Position numbers and translations under genes: made by a program
In this document: positions 35,361-48,670 of the stretch, in pieces
Layout of the letters: every line of letters begins with the position of its first letter
Position numbering within the stretch: position 1 is the stretch's first letter
NCBI GenBank assembly: GCA_951804945.1
Contig: OX638149.1
Location: 75,702,001-75,766,000 of the forward strand
Reading direction: 5' to 3'
From: Podarcis cretensis
Lineage: Eukaryota
DNA: 64,000 nucleotides
Notes under the pieces: model-generated
Seen by the model: the letters and a program-made list of their open reading frames with translations, nothing else
Told to the model about the DNA's origin: nothing
Databases searched by the model: none

Positions 35361-38300
35361 ATTTTTTTTTAATATAAATTATTTGACAGTCTTATATTTC
35401 AGAGGGCATGCGGATGAATTATCTAATAGGTGCACTATGGCACAATCCACACAAAATTATCTCAAGTGAAGTGCCAGCTGGAGAGCACAGTGCATTTTTC
35501 CATGGGTGAAACATTGTGGTTTGAGTGCTAGATGAGCATAATTTCCCTGCTACTGAAAGAGGAGGTTTGCTTTGGCCACAACAAGTGAGTAAGGGCTGTG
35601 AATTTATTGCACTCAAAATTATCCTTGAGGAAACTAAAACGCTACCACGTATTTTCCTGCTACAAAGTAACAGACTTTGGGTTCTACAAGATAAGGAAAA
35701 CCATTGGATTTTTAAAAATTTCCTTGGAGATGATTCAGGAACACTCAGAGAGCCATTTTACTCGGCCACTGAATTTGAGCCCAATTCTACTCCCCTTCTG
35801 CAGTCTCAGTTCTTGCAGTCTCAATTGGCATCCCTTATAGACTTGGTTAACAAATGCCCACTTTTTGGGTACCGAATATGTGAATATCCACTTGGAAACA
35901 ATAGAAATAGTTTTCTAAGTCGCTTTGTCCTAGGAGAGGACAAGGGAGTATGATTTTTCATTTTCTATCTTTGGAAGGTGTGCTGTTCTGTTTTCCTTCT
36001 CGACTTTGACTGGCTACACCCTGCATAGCACTGCCTCCTTCTTATTCCCAGCACAAAGCACACTGCCCCTATTCTTCTGGCCTTTGTAGCCATATGGCAA
36101 ATCCATGTAGACACAGCCAACATCCATTTATTCAGGCACATAATGTCCCGCAACAGGGAACAATTGGAACTTTGTTTGCTTCTATTATTGATGCGAATGG
36201 GCGAGAGAGAGAGAGGGAGGAATCATTTAACTATAAGAGATATCCAGCTAATTATGAGCCATATGTGCCTTTAGTGTCAAAGCAATCCTATGAAGTTCAT
36301 TTTATACCTAGACCACTTTATTAGGTGCCGAAGACAGATGTCCCCCAAAAGTGCATGCATTAGAGGAAACTTGTGTAGCGGAGATCTTGAAATATTTAAC
36401 TGAGGCTTCTTCATCTGTCAGGGGACTTTAAAGTGCCATTTGTCACAAGGATGTGGATGTGTGCATTACACACTGATTAGATTTAGAAGCTTCGCATTTT
36501 GGGGATGGCAGAGTTTTAGTTTACAAGGAATATTACAGCATCAAGCATTTTCTATATAGGATTCATGTGACAATAGAAGAACGGGACCAGTTAGAATAAT
36601 ATTAACCTCTGGAGTTAATGAGAACTAGAAATTCTCTTTGTCTTTGCTCATTCTTCCAAGAACAGAGGTTACAATGTTCCTTTTGAAACATTTTCCTCCT
36701 GTCCAGCAGCCGGAAAGTGAATTTAGCATGTTGAAATCCTCCTTCCTTGGAATGGAAGGAGTGTCCTTAAGCGATAATCCTACAGCACTTTCCCAAAGGG
36801 TTAGGCACACTGCAGGGAAATTAAGGGAAAGCTGGCTAGTGGGAAAATCTTCATTCATTTTTCTATTGATGTGGCTGTCAGACTCATCCCTCGCCAAATG
36901 CTCAGATGGAAACCGCTCTTTGCCTCCTCAGACCCAGCTAGAGAACATTTATTGGTGACTGCAACTCCTGTGTATAAATTAAACAATATCAGCTTGACTA
37001 AATTGCCATTTTAAAAATCATTTCCCTGTGTCCTTCCTTTAATTAATGCTTCTGTCACTGAAATAAACCATTATCTATCCATTCATAGGTAATATTTGAG
37101 AGGTAGTTCATGAACAGACGTTACTGTCGTCTCCCCTTGGGTATATTTAAAAAATAATAATCTTTGTACAATTCCTTATTTCATTGATATCAGTTAATTA
37201 AGAGATGTACACAGATGGGTTTTTAAAAAACATTGTTCCCCACCTTACAGAGGACAGCTCCTATTAAAGTCCACCTAAAATTTCCCCTTCTTAATTTGTG
37301 CAGCAAGAAGAGGTTAATAATACTAGTTCTTTTATGCAAACCTTGTTTTCAGCCACTTGCCTTAATTCCTTATTGGTCTCTTCACACCAGCATTTGTTAT
37401 TTAGCAGAGAAATAATTTTGGATGAGACAAGGGGTAAATGTTGGGAATATCTTCGTTTTCTTTTTAAAATCCATCCATCTTTTGTCACAATGTATTCGGT
37501 GTAAATAACAACAATCGTGCATATTCATCACCCCTCATTCTTTCTCCCGTTTCCTAAATATACCTTCCGCAATCGTTAAGGGAGTGAGTTCATAGCAAGT
37601 GTGTTGTATTTTTGGGTGGCGGGAGGACAGACTGCCGTATATGTTATGCTACTTAATCAAAAGCCTTGCAAAGAGCCCATCTGGAGCCTCTTTGGAAACT
37701 GAATTGATTATGGGGAGGAAAATAGATATGGTGGGACACTTCTGCCAATATATACGGAACTAATCAGGTTACTGCAGCTGGGTGGCCAGCTCATAATAAA
37801 ATAAACCCCATTTTGATTCAGCCTGACTACACAATGCAGAATTCACTCTACAGCTGTCTCTTCTGAAGTCTTGATTCCCCAAAGCCATTCCATAAAAACC
37901 CTGCCTGCCTTCCATCCTCAGAATTTAAATAAAAATATTTAACAGGACAATGTATTTGGTCTTCCCTACTCCTCTAATAGTGGGTGAATGAATATATCCT
38001 GAGGCAGGTATGCTTCTGCCAGGTAAATAAAACTGCAGCCAGGCACTGGCACAGGACAGAGTTCTGTTATTGCTGAAGCGATGTAGACTCTGTGGCCCTG
38101 AACCCTGCTTGTATGAGGGACCTCCTTCCTTGAAACCCTCATTTTCCAAGGCCCAGTTTCAGGTACTGCAAAACTCTCTATCCAGGGTTGCCTTGAAGGA
38201 CAATTCAAAGGATTCCAAAGGTTAAGAATGTGGAAGCTATCTGGAATTTGGAGACTGGAGCACACTACTTTTGGCTTCCATCATTTACACTGGCTAGCCA

Positions 38301-38411
38301 TTTGTTTCCAAGTTCAGCTTAAAGTGCTGGTTTTAACATTTAAAGTCCTAAACAGCTCTCTCTTTGTGTGTGTCATCTGTTCCTTTGTAAACCATGCCCA
38401 CCAGTTAAGAT

Positions 38412-38955
38412 AATAATAACAATTTATTATTTATACCCTGCCCATCTGGCTGGGTTTCCCCAGCTACACTGGGCGGCTTCCAACAAAAGATTAAAAATAC
38501 ATTAAAACATCAGTCATTAAAAACTTCCCTAAACAGGACTGCCTTCAGATGTCTTCTAAAGTCAGATTGTTGTTTATTTCCTTGACATCTGATGGGAGGG
38601 CATTCCGCAGGGAGAGAGCACTACCAAGAAGGCCCTTTGCCTGGTTCCCTGTAACCTCACTTCTTGCAGTGAGGGAACCGCCAGAAAGCCCTCGGCACTG
38701 GACCTCAGTGTTCACGCTGAATGATGGGCGTGGAGATGTGCCTTCAGGTATACTGGGCCGAGGGCGTTTAGGGCTGTAAAGGTCAGCACCAACACTTTGA
38801 ATTGTGCTCGGAAATGTACTGGCAGCCAATGTAGGTCTTTCAAGACTGGTGTTATGTGGTCTCGGTGGCCACTCCCAGTCACCAGTCTAGCTGCCGCATT
38901 CTGGATTAGTTGTAGTTTCCGAGTCACCTTCAAAGGTAGCCCCACGTAGAGCGCA
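38412..38955 (-). mobile_element. L2 LINE 3' fragment
   Basis: Encodes LYVGLPLKVTRKLQLIQNAAARLVTG...HITPVLKDLHWLPV.FRAQFKVLVLTF. Confidence 0.9.
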
Positions 38956-41176
38956 CGTAGATTGGCACATCTGTGCCTCTGATCATGGCCCTGCACTCAA
39001 CTTGGTTGATTAATTATTTGTAAAGTAATTCTGATTTCAGTAGAACTTATTTCCAAGTAAATGTGTTAGGATTTCTGTCTTAATTGTTTTATATCCAAAA
39101 TAATTAGGATGAGAGTTGGAAACAAAACAGAAATAGTATCAGATTATTCTATTATTTTTAGATGCCCACAGATACATGACTGTTAAACTCAGTAAAAGCA
39201 ATACAACACCATGCCAGCAAAAGAAATAAGAAAAGAAAGGATTACAGGGAAGTGGGCTGAGGGTGGCTGGGGGAAAAGAAGCCTTGAAATAATTTTCAGT
39301 GAAATTATATATTGGCTATAAAGGTCGAGGCTCAACAGGAAAATGATTATAGGTTACACTGATATGGAGCATGCACTGGCAATTGAAAGGGGAATACTGT
39401 GAAATGTCAAGAAAGCAGAGGAGTCTGTATTTATTTATTTGCTCACCCATTATCTCAGTCTTCAGAATATAATGGGCCGATCAAGAGATTGACCATTTCA
39501 GGAGAAGGGTGCCTTCATTTCTCTACGTGACTGTAGATTATTTCGGCTTCAGAAGACAAGAATGTCCCTTTAACATCTGACCTGGCCTTTATTTAAGAGA
39601 AGCACTTCACGGTTCAGGAAAGACAGACAATTTTCTAATTCCCAGCACTGCTGGAGACTGAGGCAGCAACTTCCAGACAGGACACCTGCTAACACTAGAG
39701 AAATGGCATTATTATGTCTACAAGTTTACAAATCTGAGGATCAGAAAGCTTTTGCTGCTGCTGCTATAACACAGGCCAAGGATGACGACTTCTTCAAAGT
39801 TTCAGAGGGGTTTCCCCCCGCCTCTTCTTCTTCCAAGGAACGGCCCCTTTTCACTTCCAGTCTCAGCAGATCGGTTTCCACATGAAAAAGTCAATAGTCA
39901 AAGAGCTTCCTAAGTTTCATTGGTGTGTAGCAGAAAGCGGATTAAGACTTGAGGCCTTTTTACTGGCAAGCCTCTAAGCAAATAAAGGTTCTTGCATTTT
40001 AAAAATAAATAAATAACATATATGATAGTCCACCAAATGGGTGACACAGCAACTTGGAAGTATTTTAATAAGACTCTGGGTGCAATGCAGCTTTTAAAAT
40101 GTTAAGATTGTGATGTGGCACTTTTATTTGTGTTAGTTGCTTTCAAGGACAATTCTTTTTTGTAAGAACTGCACCCCAGTTCCAAACAGATTTGCTTGGA
40201 AGTTTCTTGTATTGCTTTTCAGTGGGATTAAGACTGCCAGTCTGTGTAGACAGTACTAAGCTAGATGGGACCACTGGATTGGCTCAGAATAAGGAAGCTT
40301 CTGATGTTCCTATGTTGGGATATTTCAAGCTTAAGATATGCCTGTACAACATAAGATCAGTAGGGACTGAGGACTGGTGACTTATTCGAGAGAAGGTGGG
40401 ATTTGTAGCCAGGGTTTCTTAGCTCACAAGCAACTACGCTACAGCAACAGATGAACCAGCTGGCAGACAGCCAGCAGTGGCAACATTAATACAGGAAAAA
40501 GCAATAGATCAAATGGTGTAATTCCCCCTCATTTCATGATGCTTACATTTAATATGCTGAAAGCAAAAGGTGCCAAACTTGCAAAAACACAGCCTAAAAT
40601 GCTGAACTTTAAAGCACAGGCTTAGGAGCTACAAAGCCATGCTAGTGGCTTGTGCATGCCAGTACCACACTCTGCCCTGTCTCCATGGAAAGGAAGTTTT
40701 GCTGCCCTGAGTGAGCTGTCCCCAGTCCTGCAGTGCCCTAGACCTCAGCTGACACTGAAGTATTAAGACTTTCCCGTTTGCCCTGTGCAAAATAAACTGC
40801 CTTGGGGCAAACGTCACAGTACAGAGATACAGACATGCTTGAAACTGCTTTAATGCTTCCGGATGCACACATTTCACGTCATGTTGTAGGATTCTGCTTT
40901 AAGTCTCTGTGCCGTTAAGATTTGCTCCCAACATTAAAAACAAACCATCTTGCCCAGGCTCATCTAACAAATCAGTGGATAGAGCTCAGCACAGATCTTA
41001 CAACCTTTCCTTGCCTAATTCAATCAGCTTGCCCTGTGCAAGTGTTCTAGAACAGCTATGGCTACAACCACTAACCAATTTAGATTGTCCCATAACGTGC
41101 CCTGCGAAATGAGTGCATCTGCAATGCATTACATGCATGAGGCCTGGCTTGGGCAGCCAGCCCCGTCGCTCTATTC

Positions 41177-41498
41177 CAGAGGTCAGCAACCTTTTTCAGT
41201 CGTGGGCCAGTCCACCATCCTTCAGACCATGTGGTGCACCAGACTATATTTTTTTTGGGGGGGAAGAATGAATTCCTATGCCCCACAAATAACCTAGAGA
41301 TGCATTTTAAATAAAAGCACACATTCTATTCATGTAAAAATACCAGGCAGGTCCCACAAATAACCCAGAGATGCATTTTAAATAAATGGGCACATTCTAT
41401 TCATGTAAAAACACGCCGATTCCCGGACCGTCTGCAGGCTGGTTTCAGAAGGCAATTGGGCCACATCTGGCCCCTGGGCCTTAGGTTGCCTACCCCTG
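41177..41498. mobile_element. hAT-type non-autonomous DNA transposon with an internal ~70-bp tandem duplication
   Basis: TIRs CAGAGGTCAGCAACC/GGTTGCCTACCCCTG with 8-bp TSD CTCTATTC. Confidence 0.8.
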
Positions 41499-41666
41499 CT
41501 CTATTCCATGGATTAGAGTTTGGCAGGCTTTATCTTAAGCCTTTATATCACTTTAAATTAAATGCAACTACAGAAAAAAGCAACGGAGCCCTGGGGATAT
41601 CATCAAACGAAAACTAGAGAAAGGCAGTCGTCTGTTTTTTGCAGTTTAAGATGGTCTGAAAGAGGG

Positions 41667-41782
41667 CATGGGCATAGCCAGGATTTTTTTTTGGGGGGGG
41701 GCAAAACTGAAGTGACTTCTATTGTTTTACTTGATCTAGGGGAGGGCAGCTGTCCCCCTGCCCTCCCTTGGCTATACCCATG
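41667..41782. mobile_element. hAT-type MITE (116 bp)
   Basis: TIRs CATGGGCATAGCCA/TGGCTATACCCATG with 8-bp TSD AAAGAGGG. Confidence 0.85.
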
Positions 41783-42656
41783 AAAGAGGGATCGCTGCTG
41801 ATGGTGCATATGCTCATCCCATGTCCACCTGTTGAAACATGTTTTTAGATGGTTCCACAAACGTGCAAAACTTGTTTGACCGGAAGCATCAGTGAAATAA
41901 AAGAGAGGTGCATGGGAAACAAAGGCCTCAACCACTTCAGAAACTACTGTCATTCTCCATCCTAATGAATAAAGGAGGACCACTGAAGCACCTTACACAT
42001 CAATGTTGCTTCAGGAGAGGCAGTTCTGGAGTGGAGACGCAGTGTGGGTGCTTAACCCCATGTTCACCTGCAACTTTTCAGCTCAGAATTGCATTCTCAC
42101 AAGCGATCCCCACCGTGGTTCCAGTTTCCTGCTTGCCTTCAAAGCATCTGATAGGAATCTTATGGGAGTGATTTGGAGCAGAAAAAATGAGTTTGAAAGA
42201 GGCTGAAGCACCTCCCCCCAGCATTGTTTCTACATTTTTCATCAACTCCTCTCAAAGCAGCTTTTTATTTTAAGAGGGAGGGGAAGCCTTGGGGTCTGTG
42301 ATACACATTTGCCTGTGATATATAGTTAACCTCTAAGTCTATCCCACTACTTACCTTATGACTTATAGGGTGGACTAACTAGAGAATTCCTACCATGCTT
42401 CCCAAGCTATGTTCCAGTTCAGTGAATGAATGAACTGGCTGCTTGGTTTCTTTAGCAGGCTAATAAATATTTTAATCCTTTGCAATGTAATAAATGTAGG
42501 GTTTTTTTTAAAGGGGGGGGCTATTATGCTGTATGTTTAAGTCTGTCTACATGAATGTTTTCCATCTTTCTTGGAGATGCAAGTGATGAACTCATGTTTA
42601 ACTCATTGTATGGAAATTATAAATAGAAATAAATGTATAAGAATTAAATGTGGTTA

Positions 42657-42660
<4 letters not shown>

Positions 42661-42707
<47 letters not shown>
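42661..42707. repeat. Compound (TC)n(AC)n microsatellite
   Basis: Direct reading of the sequence. Confidence 0.95.
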
Positions 42708-42709
<2 letters not shown>

Positions 42710-43629
42710 CTAAATATGTTTTTTTAAATTAAAAGCATGCTTCAGTTGATCAACATTTTAACCATGTTGATCAACATTTTAACCATGGTCTTCTAGCAAA
42801 TGAGAATCTAGTGCCACCCTCAACCATGGATGCATTGGTGTGAGCACAAGCAAGTCCTTTCTTCTTTTCCAGTTCTAATTCCCCATCTGTACAATGGAAA
42901 AAATCATGGTCTGCCTTATAGATTTGCTGTGAAGGCAAAGGACAAAACTCTATCCACATATGTCTCACTGTGTTCTATAGGGTTTCTACACCCTGGTGAG
43001 TGTATTTAGGATTGCAGTTGATATCCAATATAAATGACAGGCAGCCTAGGATCTTCCCATGTAACCAAATGATGTGCTGAGGTGGTAAAATGGGCAGTAT
43101 AACAGACTATGAGTAGGGGGAGCACAGTTCTGAATGCTGCTCCACATTAAAAACACATTGAAAAACACATTAAAGTTGACAAAGAACTAGACTAGAACCT
43201 TTTCTTCCACTATGTTTGCAGGGAGCTCCTTTAATGTGAAGAAATATTCAAAAGCAAAGCATAGGAAGCTGACTCCTCCTGAGTCCGTCTAGCTTAATGT
43301 TGTCTAAAATAGGGGTGGGAAGCCTTTTCCTTACCATTGACCCACAGGAAAAGTTGATTTGGAGCTGCAGGTGATAGCTGGTCAAGCCAAAGTGGGCAGT
43401 GTTTGCTGCACTGCAAGACTGCAGAATCCCCTCCCCACAACAGACAGTCTTTCTCTCTCTGCCATCTCTCGAATAGAATTAGATTGTGAGCCTTGGGTTC
43501 CTCATCCCAGCTCTAAACTGTTTGGCAATGGCTCGAGGGGTTGTAGGTCGGAGTTGTTCCCAGCCTTATCAAGGATTGACCCACCAGGGGCCTTTTGCAT
43601 GCCATGTATGTGCAACAGTTACTGAATGA

Positions 43630-43800
43630 GAAGGCCTGGACGCATGCAGAAGGCCACTGGTTCAGTCCTCAGCATCTCCAGGTGAAGCTTGGGAAAACTT
43701 TGTTCTGCAACCTTGGTGAGCTGCTGCCAGCCAGGCCAGAGGAAGACAGTCCTGAGCTACCTGGACCAGTGAGGTTGCTCCATATAAGGCACCTTTCTAT
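43630..43800 (+). mobile_element. Squam3-like tRNA-derived SINE (degenerate)
   Basis: CATGCAGAAGG...GGTTCAGTCC...CATCTCCAGGT...GAGCTGCTGCCAG...TATAAGGCA, similar to the copies at 51888 and 60073. Confidence 0.5.
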
Positions 43801-44095
43801 AGTTTGGCTTAGGTGTTCTGTTAGGCAAATGGCCAGGCACTTCCTTACATATTCACCTCTGGTGACTGAACACTCAGTGGCCATAGAGGTGCATATTTCT
43901 ACCAAGCCCCACATTTCCACAGCTGTATATGTGGAAGATTCACACAATCTTTCCTCCTAAGGAAAATAAGGTGGTGGGAAGATGGTGCAGATGTAGCAGC
44001 TTCTCTCCACCCAGGACCTTCTCCCATTACATAGCAGGTCTGGTAGGAACATCTGAGCATCTAGTGCTTCTCTACTACCTGCTTGAAGCTCTATG

Positions 44096-44864
44096 ACATT
44101 GATGCTGAAATCCAGCATCACCTGAGCTCTGCAAGCGCAGCTTTCTCCCCATTTATACGCAGAGTGTTTGAGGTCCAGGACATTTGCTGGGAAACAAAAA
44201 TGCTTGTTTACAAAGCTATTGTACTACCAACTTTACTGTATGCTTGTGAAACATGGACCACTTATAAATGCCATCTCCAGCCCCTTGAAAGATTCTATCA
44301 ACAGTGTCTCCGGGGAAAAAATACATGTGACTTGGAAAGACAGGTGAACTAATGTCAGTGTACTGGAAGAAACAAAGATCACCAGTGTCAAAGCAATGAT
44401 TTTTCAACATCAACTTCATTGGACTGGTCATGTTGTGCCAATGCCTGATGATCGTCTTCCAAAGGAACTACTCTATTCCCAACTTAAGAATGGAAAGCGT
44501 ATTGCCAGTGGACAACAAAAGAGGTTTAAAGTCGCTCTCAAGGCATAAATTCTAAACTGTAGTATAAACACCGACAACTGGGAATCACTGGCCTGTGAGT
44601 GCTCCGATTGGAGAACAGCCTTTACCAAAGGTGTCATGGACTTTGAAGAAGTACAAACTCAGGTTGAAAGGGAGAAACATGCTAAGAGGAAGGCATGTTT
44701 GGCAAATCCTCACCACAATTAACTCCCGGCGCAGAAACCTATGTCCCCACTGTGGAAGGACGTGTGGATCCAGAATTGGCCTCCAAAGCCACTTGCAGAC
44801 CTACTGTTAAGACCATGTTTATGGAAGACAATCTTACTCGGCTACGAGTGATTGCCAAAGAAGA
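44096..44864 (+). mobile_element. RTE-clade LINE 3' fragment (same family as 29095)
   Basis: Encodes DIDAEIQHHLSSASAAF...KAIVLPTLLYACETW...CPHCGRTCGSRIGLQSH. Confidence 0.88.
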
Positions 44865-45099
44865 CTACTCCTCACTTGGAGAGACCTCGTCTGTATCTGG
44901 ACGCTGAAGGTGTGGACAGGGTCCTCTAGAAAGCCTTTGGGGAGATTATCTGTGGGGCCTGATCAGTTCTGCGATGCCTCAGCCTTCAAGCAGGGACCTG
45001 CCATTCTGGAGCAGCTCTTCGGCTGGGGTCTCCACCACAGGCTATTCCTAGGAGGGTTTGGCGAGAGAGAAAGAGAGAGGAGAAGCAAGTCCCATGGGC

Positions 45100-45810
45100 A
45101 GATTTTAATCTAATCACTTCCCTGTCAAACTAATCCCTGCCTGACTCGGATAGGACTTAAGAAACGTGCCTGGAAACCCAAAAGCAAATCTCATTTGAAT
45201 GAAGCACACACTCCGCAGCCCCCATCTGCAAAGAGCCGCAATTAAAGGCGAAAAGAGAGAGAGAAATTAGCATTTTCCGCGGCCATCTGGCATGAGGAGC
45301 AGGCGAGGGGGAACAAAAGGCGCTGGAGGCGGAGGGGAGAGGCGAGTGTGCCACGGCATTGACCTGCAAATGAGCCTTTGTCAGCGAATTAAAGCTTCCC
45401 GGACCCCCCGGGACACCCCAAAACAGGCACCATTACAAACCATCCGGACAAAAAACCACTCATCAAAACTGTCTGAGATGGGGATGGAGCTGGGCGGGGG
45501 GGGGGGGTGTCGGCCGGCGGAGGAAATGGAGGGAGGGCAGGACGGGATGAAATAGGCGCCCGAGACAGCGCACCACACCTCCGTAATAGGCGGCTAATAG
45601 CCGGGAGAGATGCGAGGAGGAGATGCAGCTTCTGCGGGGAACTTGCAGCGAGCGACAGCCTGAAGTCTTTGGGACCATCACCCGCCAAACCACTCGGGAT
45701 TTGCGGTTTGAAAGCGGGAGATTTCATGGTGCAGATTTACCGCGACTGTCACCATCACCCCAGTTCTCCTGCGGGGATCAAGAGCAGGGAGTTAGTGGTC
45801 TGCTAGATCC
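45100..45810. promoter_or_regulatory. Second orphan CpG-rich element / candidate enhancer
   Basis: CpG-rich, not TE-like, with repeated TAAT/TAATCC motifs, a CCATCTGG E-box and a CTTTGT motif. Confidence 0.5.
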
Positions 45811-45857
45811 CGTCCCTTTCCCTGATGCTGCTCCTTCGGCTCCTGCCCTGATATTTC

Positions 45858-46175
45858 ACAGAATCATAGAGCTGTTGAGTTGGAAGGGACCTCGAGGGTC
45901 ATCTAGTCCAGCCCCCTGCAAGGCAGGGATCTCAGCTAAAGCATCCATGACAGGTGGCTCTGCTTAGAAACCTCCAAGGAAGGAGAGTCCACAGCCTTTC
46001 AAGAGAGTCCATTGCACTGTCCAGTAGCTCTTGCCGTCAGAAAGTTCTTCCTGATGTTTAGTCAGAATCTCCTTTCTTGAAACTCTCATAGCTCCACTGA
46101 GTCTCCTCTTTACCAGACTGAGGATACCCAACTCCTTCAACCGTTCCTCATAAGGCTTGGTTTCCAGACCCTCCT
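45858..46175 (-). mobile_element. CR1 LINE 3' end
   Basis: Encodes GLETKPYEERLKELGILSLVKRRL and has the CR1 tail (ATGATTCTG). Confidence 0.8.
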
Positions 46176-46393
46176 CTGCACATGTTCCAGCTTCTGGTGG
46201 GGCTCTCTTGGACCTGTTTCTTTTCACAAGAACAGGATCTGCAGGAGGAAAACAAGCAGCCCCCCGAAAGGACCATCTTGAAAGAGCAAAAAGTTTTCCA
46301 GGGTCAGAGAGAAATCTAAAATGAACTGGTTGGCTGGCTGGCATCCAGGTGTCTTGGGAGACAATAGAAAAATGCTCCTGGTGTGTGTGATTT

Positions 46394-46768
46394 GGGACGC
46401 AGGTGGCGCTGTGGGTTAAAGCCTCAGCGCCTAGGGCTTGCCGATCGAAAGGTCGGCGGTTCGAATCCCTGCGGCGGGGTGCGCTCCCGCTGCTCGGTCC
46501 CAGCGCCTGCCAACCTAGCAGTTCGAAAGCACCTCCGGGTGCAGGTAGATAAATAGGGACCGCTTACCAGCGGGAAGGTAAACGGCGTTTCCGTGTGCGG
46601 CTCTGGCTCTGGCTCTGGCCAGAGCAGCGATGTCACGCTGGCCACGTGACCCGGAAGTGTCTCCGGACAGCGCTGGCCCCTGGCCTCTTAAGTGAGATGG
46701 GCGCACAACCCCAGAGTCTGTCAAGACTGGCCCGAACGGGCAGGGGTACCTTTACCTTTACCTTTACC
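46394..46768 (+). mobile_element. Young Sauria (Squam1) SINE
   Basis: GGGACGCAGGTGGCGCTGTGGG head, B box GGTTCGAATCC, (ACCTTT)n tail, CpGs retained. Confidence 0.92.
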
Positions 46769-46769
46769 T

Positions 46770-46770
<1 letters not shown>

Positions 46771-46808
<38 letters not shown>
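46771..46808. repeat. (GT)n microsatellite abutting a SINE tail
   Basis: Direct reading of the sequence. Confidence 0.95.
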
Positions 46809-46810
<2 letters not shown>

Positions 46811-48307
46811 AGTCAAACCGCTGGAGAGTTACAATGCCTGCTCTGGCTGTAGAGACAGATACAACTGGAACAATAAGAAAATCGGGTTTCCTGGACCGTT
46901 TTAATTGCCACCTCTTTCATTGTTAAAGTTAATACAGATTGTGCCAAAGTGAAAGCCAGTCCGCACCTACTTCAATTATCCCCCCTTCCTGTAACACAGA
47001 CCACCCCTAAACAGATTGACTTGGAAGCTAGTTAGACCCATAAGTTTCAACAACATCATTTGCTTCTAAACAAACCTGCAGTCCAAGCCTGTGCCTGCTT
47101 ATTTGGGAACAAGTCCCGGCAAATTCATTGGGACTCTTGGATGCTGCCCAGCAGCCTTGGATGCTGTCACACCACACTGCCAGGCTTCCATGGCTCTGGC
47201 AACCCAGTAAGTGCCCTCTTTAAAGAAGGGTCTTCAGAGTAGATTGTGAAATCTTTTTTCCTGGAGTGGGAAGATAACAGACTGGTCTGGAAACTCCCAT
47301 CCTGGAAGAATCCATTTTAATGGGGGCACTGCCAACTTTTCCCCAACTACTGCTTCCTTAAAAGGCCAGAAATGTTTTGTTTTTATATGTGATTTCTGTA
47401 AACACAGCTGTGTGGTGTATCCTGTCCCCCCCATCCGTCCATCCCGCATCTAGGTGTACTGAAATATTGTATTATCACTCTCCAGCTTTCCATCCATGTT
47501 TATTTATATTTAACTACATTTATATCTGGCTTTCCCCACAAGGAACTCAAGGCACTGTACATCGCTCTCCTGACCCCAGCCCATTTTATCCTCACCACAC
47601 CCCTGTGCTGTAGGTAAGGCTAAGAGATAGTGAAGGCAGCCCTGTTTAGGGAAGCTTTTAATACCTGAAGGACTATTGTATTTTAATATTTTGTTGGAAG
47701 CCACCCAGAGTGGCTGGGGTATAAATAATAAATTATTATTATTAATTATGATGATGACGATGAGTGGTCCTAGGTCACACTGTGAGCTTCACAGCAATGA
47801 CTTTAGAAGAAGACACTCAGTGGGGGTGGGGAGGTGAAATGAGGAGGGAGCAAAGGAAACAAAAAAAGTAAGACTGACTGCATGAATAGGAGCTGATCCA
47901 TTGCAAGAAAACACAGGGTAGTCAAAGTTGCTGCAAGGTGAGTCTCAGCTTATTGTCACAGCATCTCCATGCCAGGAGAGGTGGCACCTGTTGCAGTTCT
48001 ACCTGTCATGCAGGAGATAAATGCATAGGAGTTCTGCTGACAGAGCTGACAACCCAAAGCAGCTATAACAATGAAATCCGCTGGTGAATAAATGACATAA
48101 GCATCTATGGGCCTGCCTTTCTCCAGCCTTACTTTGATAAATTCGCCTGACTGCACTGTCTACTGTAGTTACATTATGTTCTGCAGCATAACTGGAAAAT
48201 CTTAATAATAAAATGAAGCCTGCTAGACTTTGTTGTGGAAATAAGTATGTAACTGCATTTACAACGGAGTGGGGGGAAATCTAGTTTAGTTTCTCTAGCA
48301 TATAATA

Positions 48308-48670
48308 TAAAGGTAAAGGTAAAGGTACCCCTGCCCGTATGGGCCAGTCTTGACAGACTCTGGGGTTGTGCGCCCATCTCACTCAAGAGGCCGAGGGCCA
48401 GCGCTGTCCGGAGACACTTCCGGGTCACGTGGCCAGCGTGACATCGCTGCTCTGGCGAGCCAGAGCCGCACACGGAAACGCCGTTTACCTTCCCGCCAGT
48501 AAGCGGTCCCTATTTATCTACTTGCACCCGGGGGTGCTTTCGAACTGCTAGGTTGGCAGGCGCTGGGACCGAGCAGCGGGAGCGCACCCCGCTGCGGGGA
48601 TTCGAACTGCGAACTGCTGACTTTTTGATCGGCAAGCCCTAGGCGCTGAGGCTTTTACCCACAGCGCCAC
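48308..48670 (-). mobile_element. Young Sauria (Squam1) SINE, inverted
   Basis: Reverse complement of the 46394 copy; TSD CATATAATA. Confidence 0.92.

Noticed and set aside
35525-35953. 142-aa ORF
   Set aside because: Non-ATG start and no recognisable homology; plausible as a chance ORF.
42745-42787. 21-bp tandem duplication (similar short duplications at ~15315 and ~16010)
   Set aside because: Two-unit slippage duplications with no spacers; not an array and not CRISPR-like.
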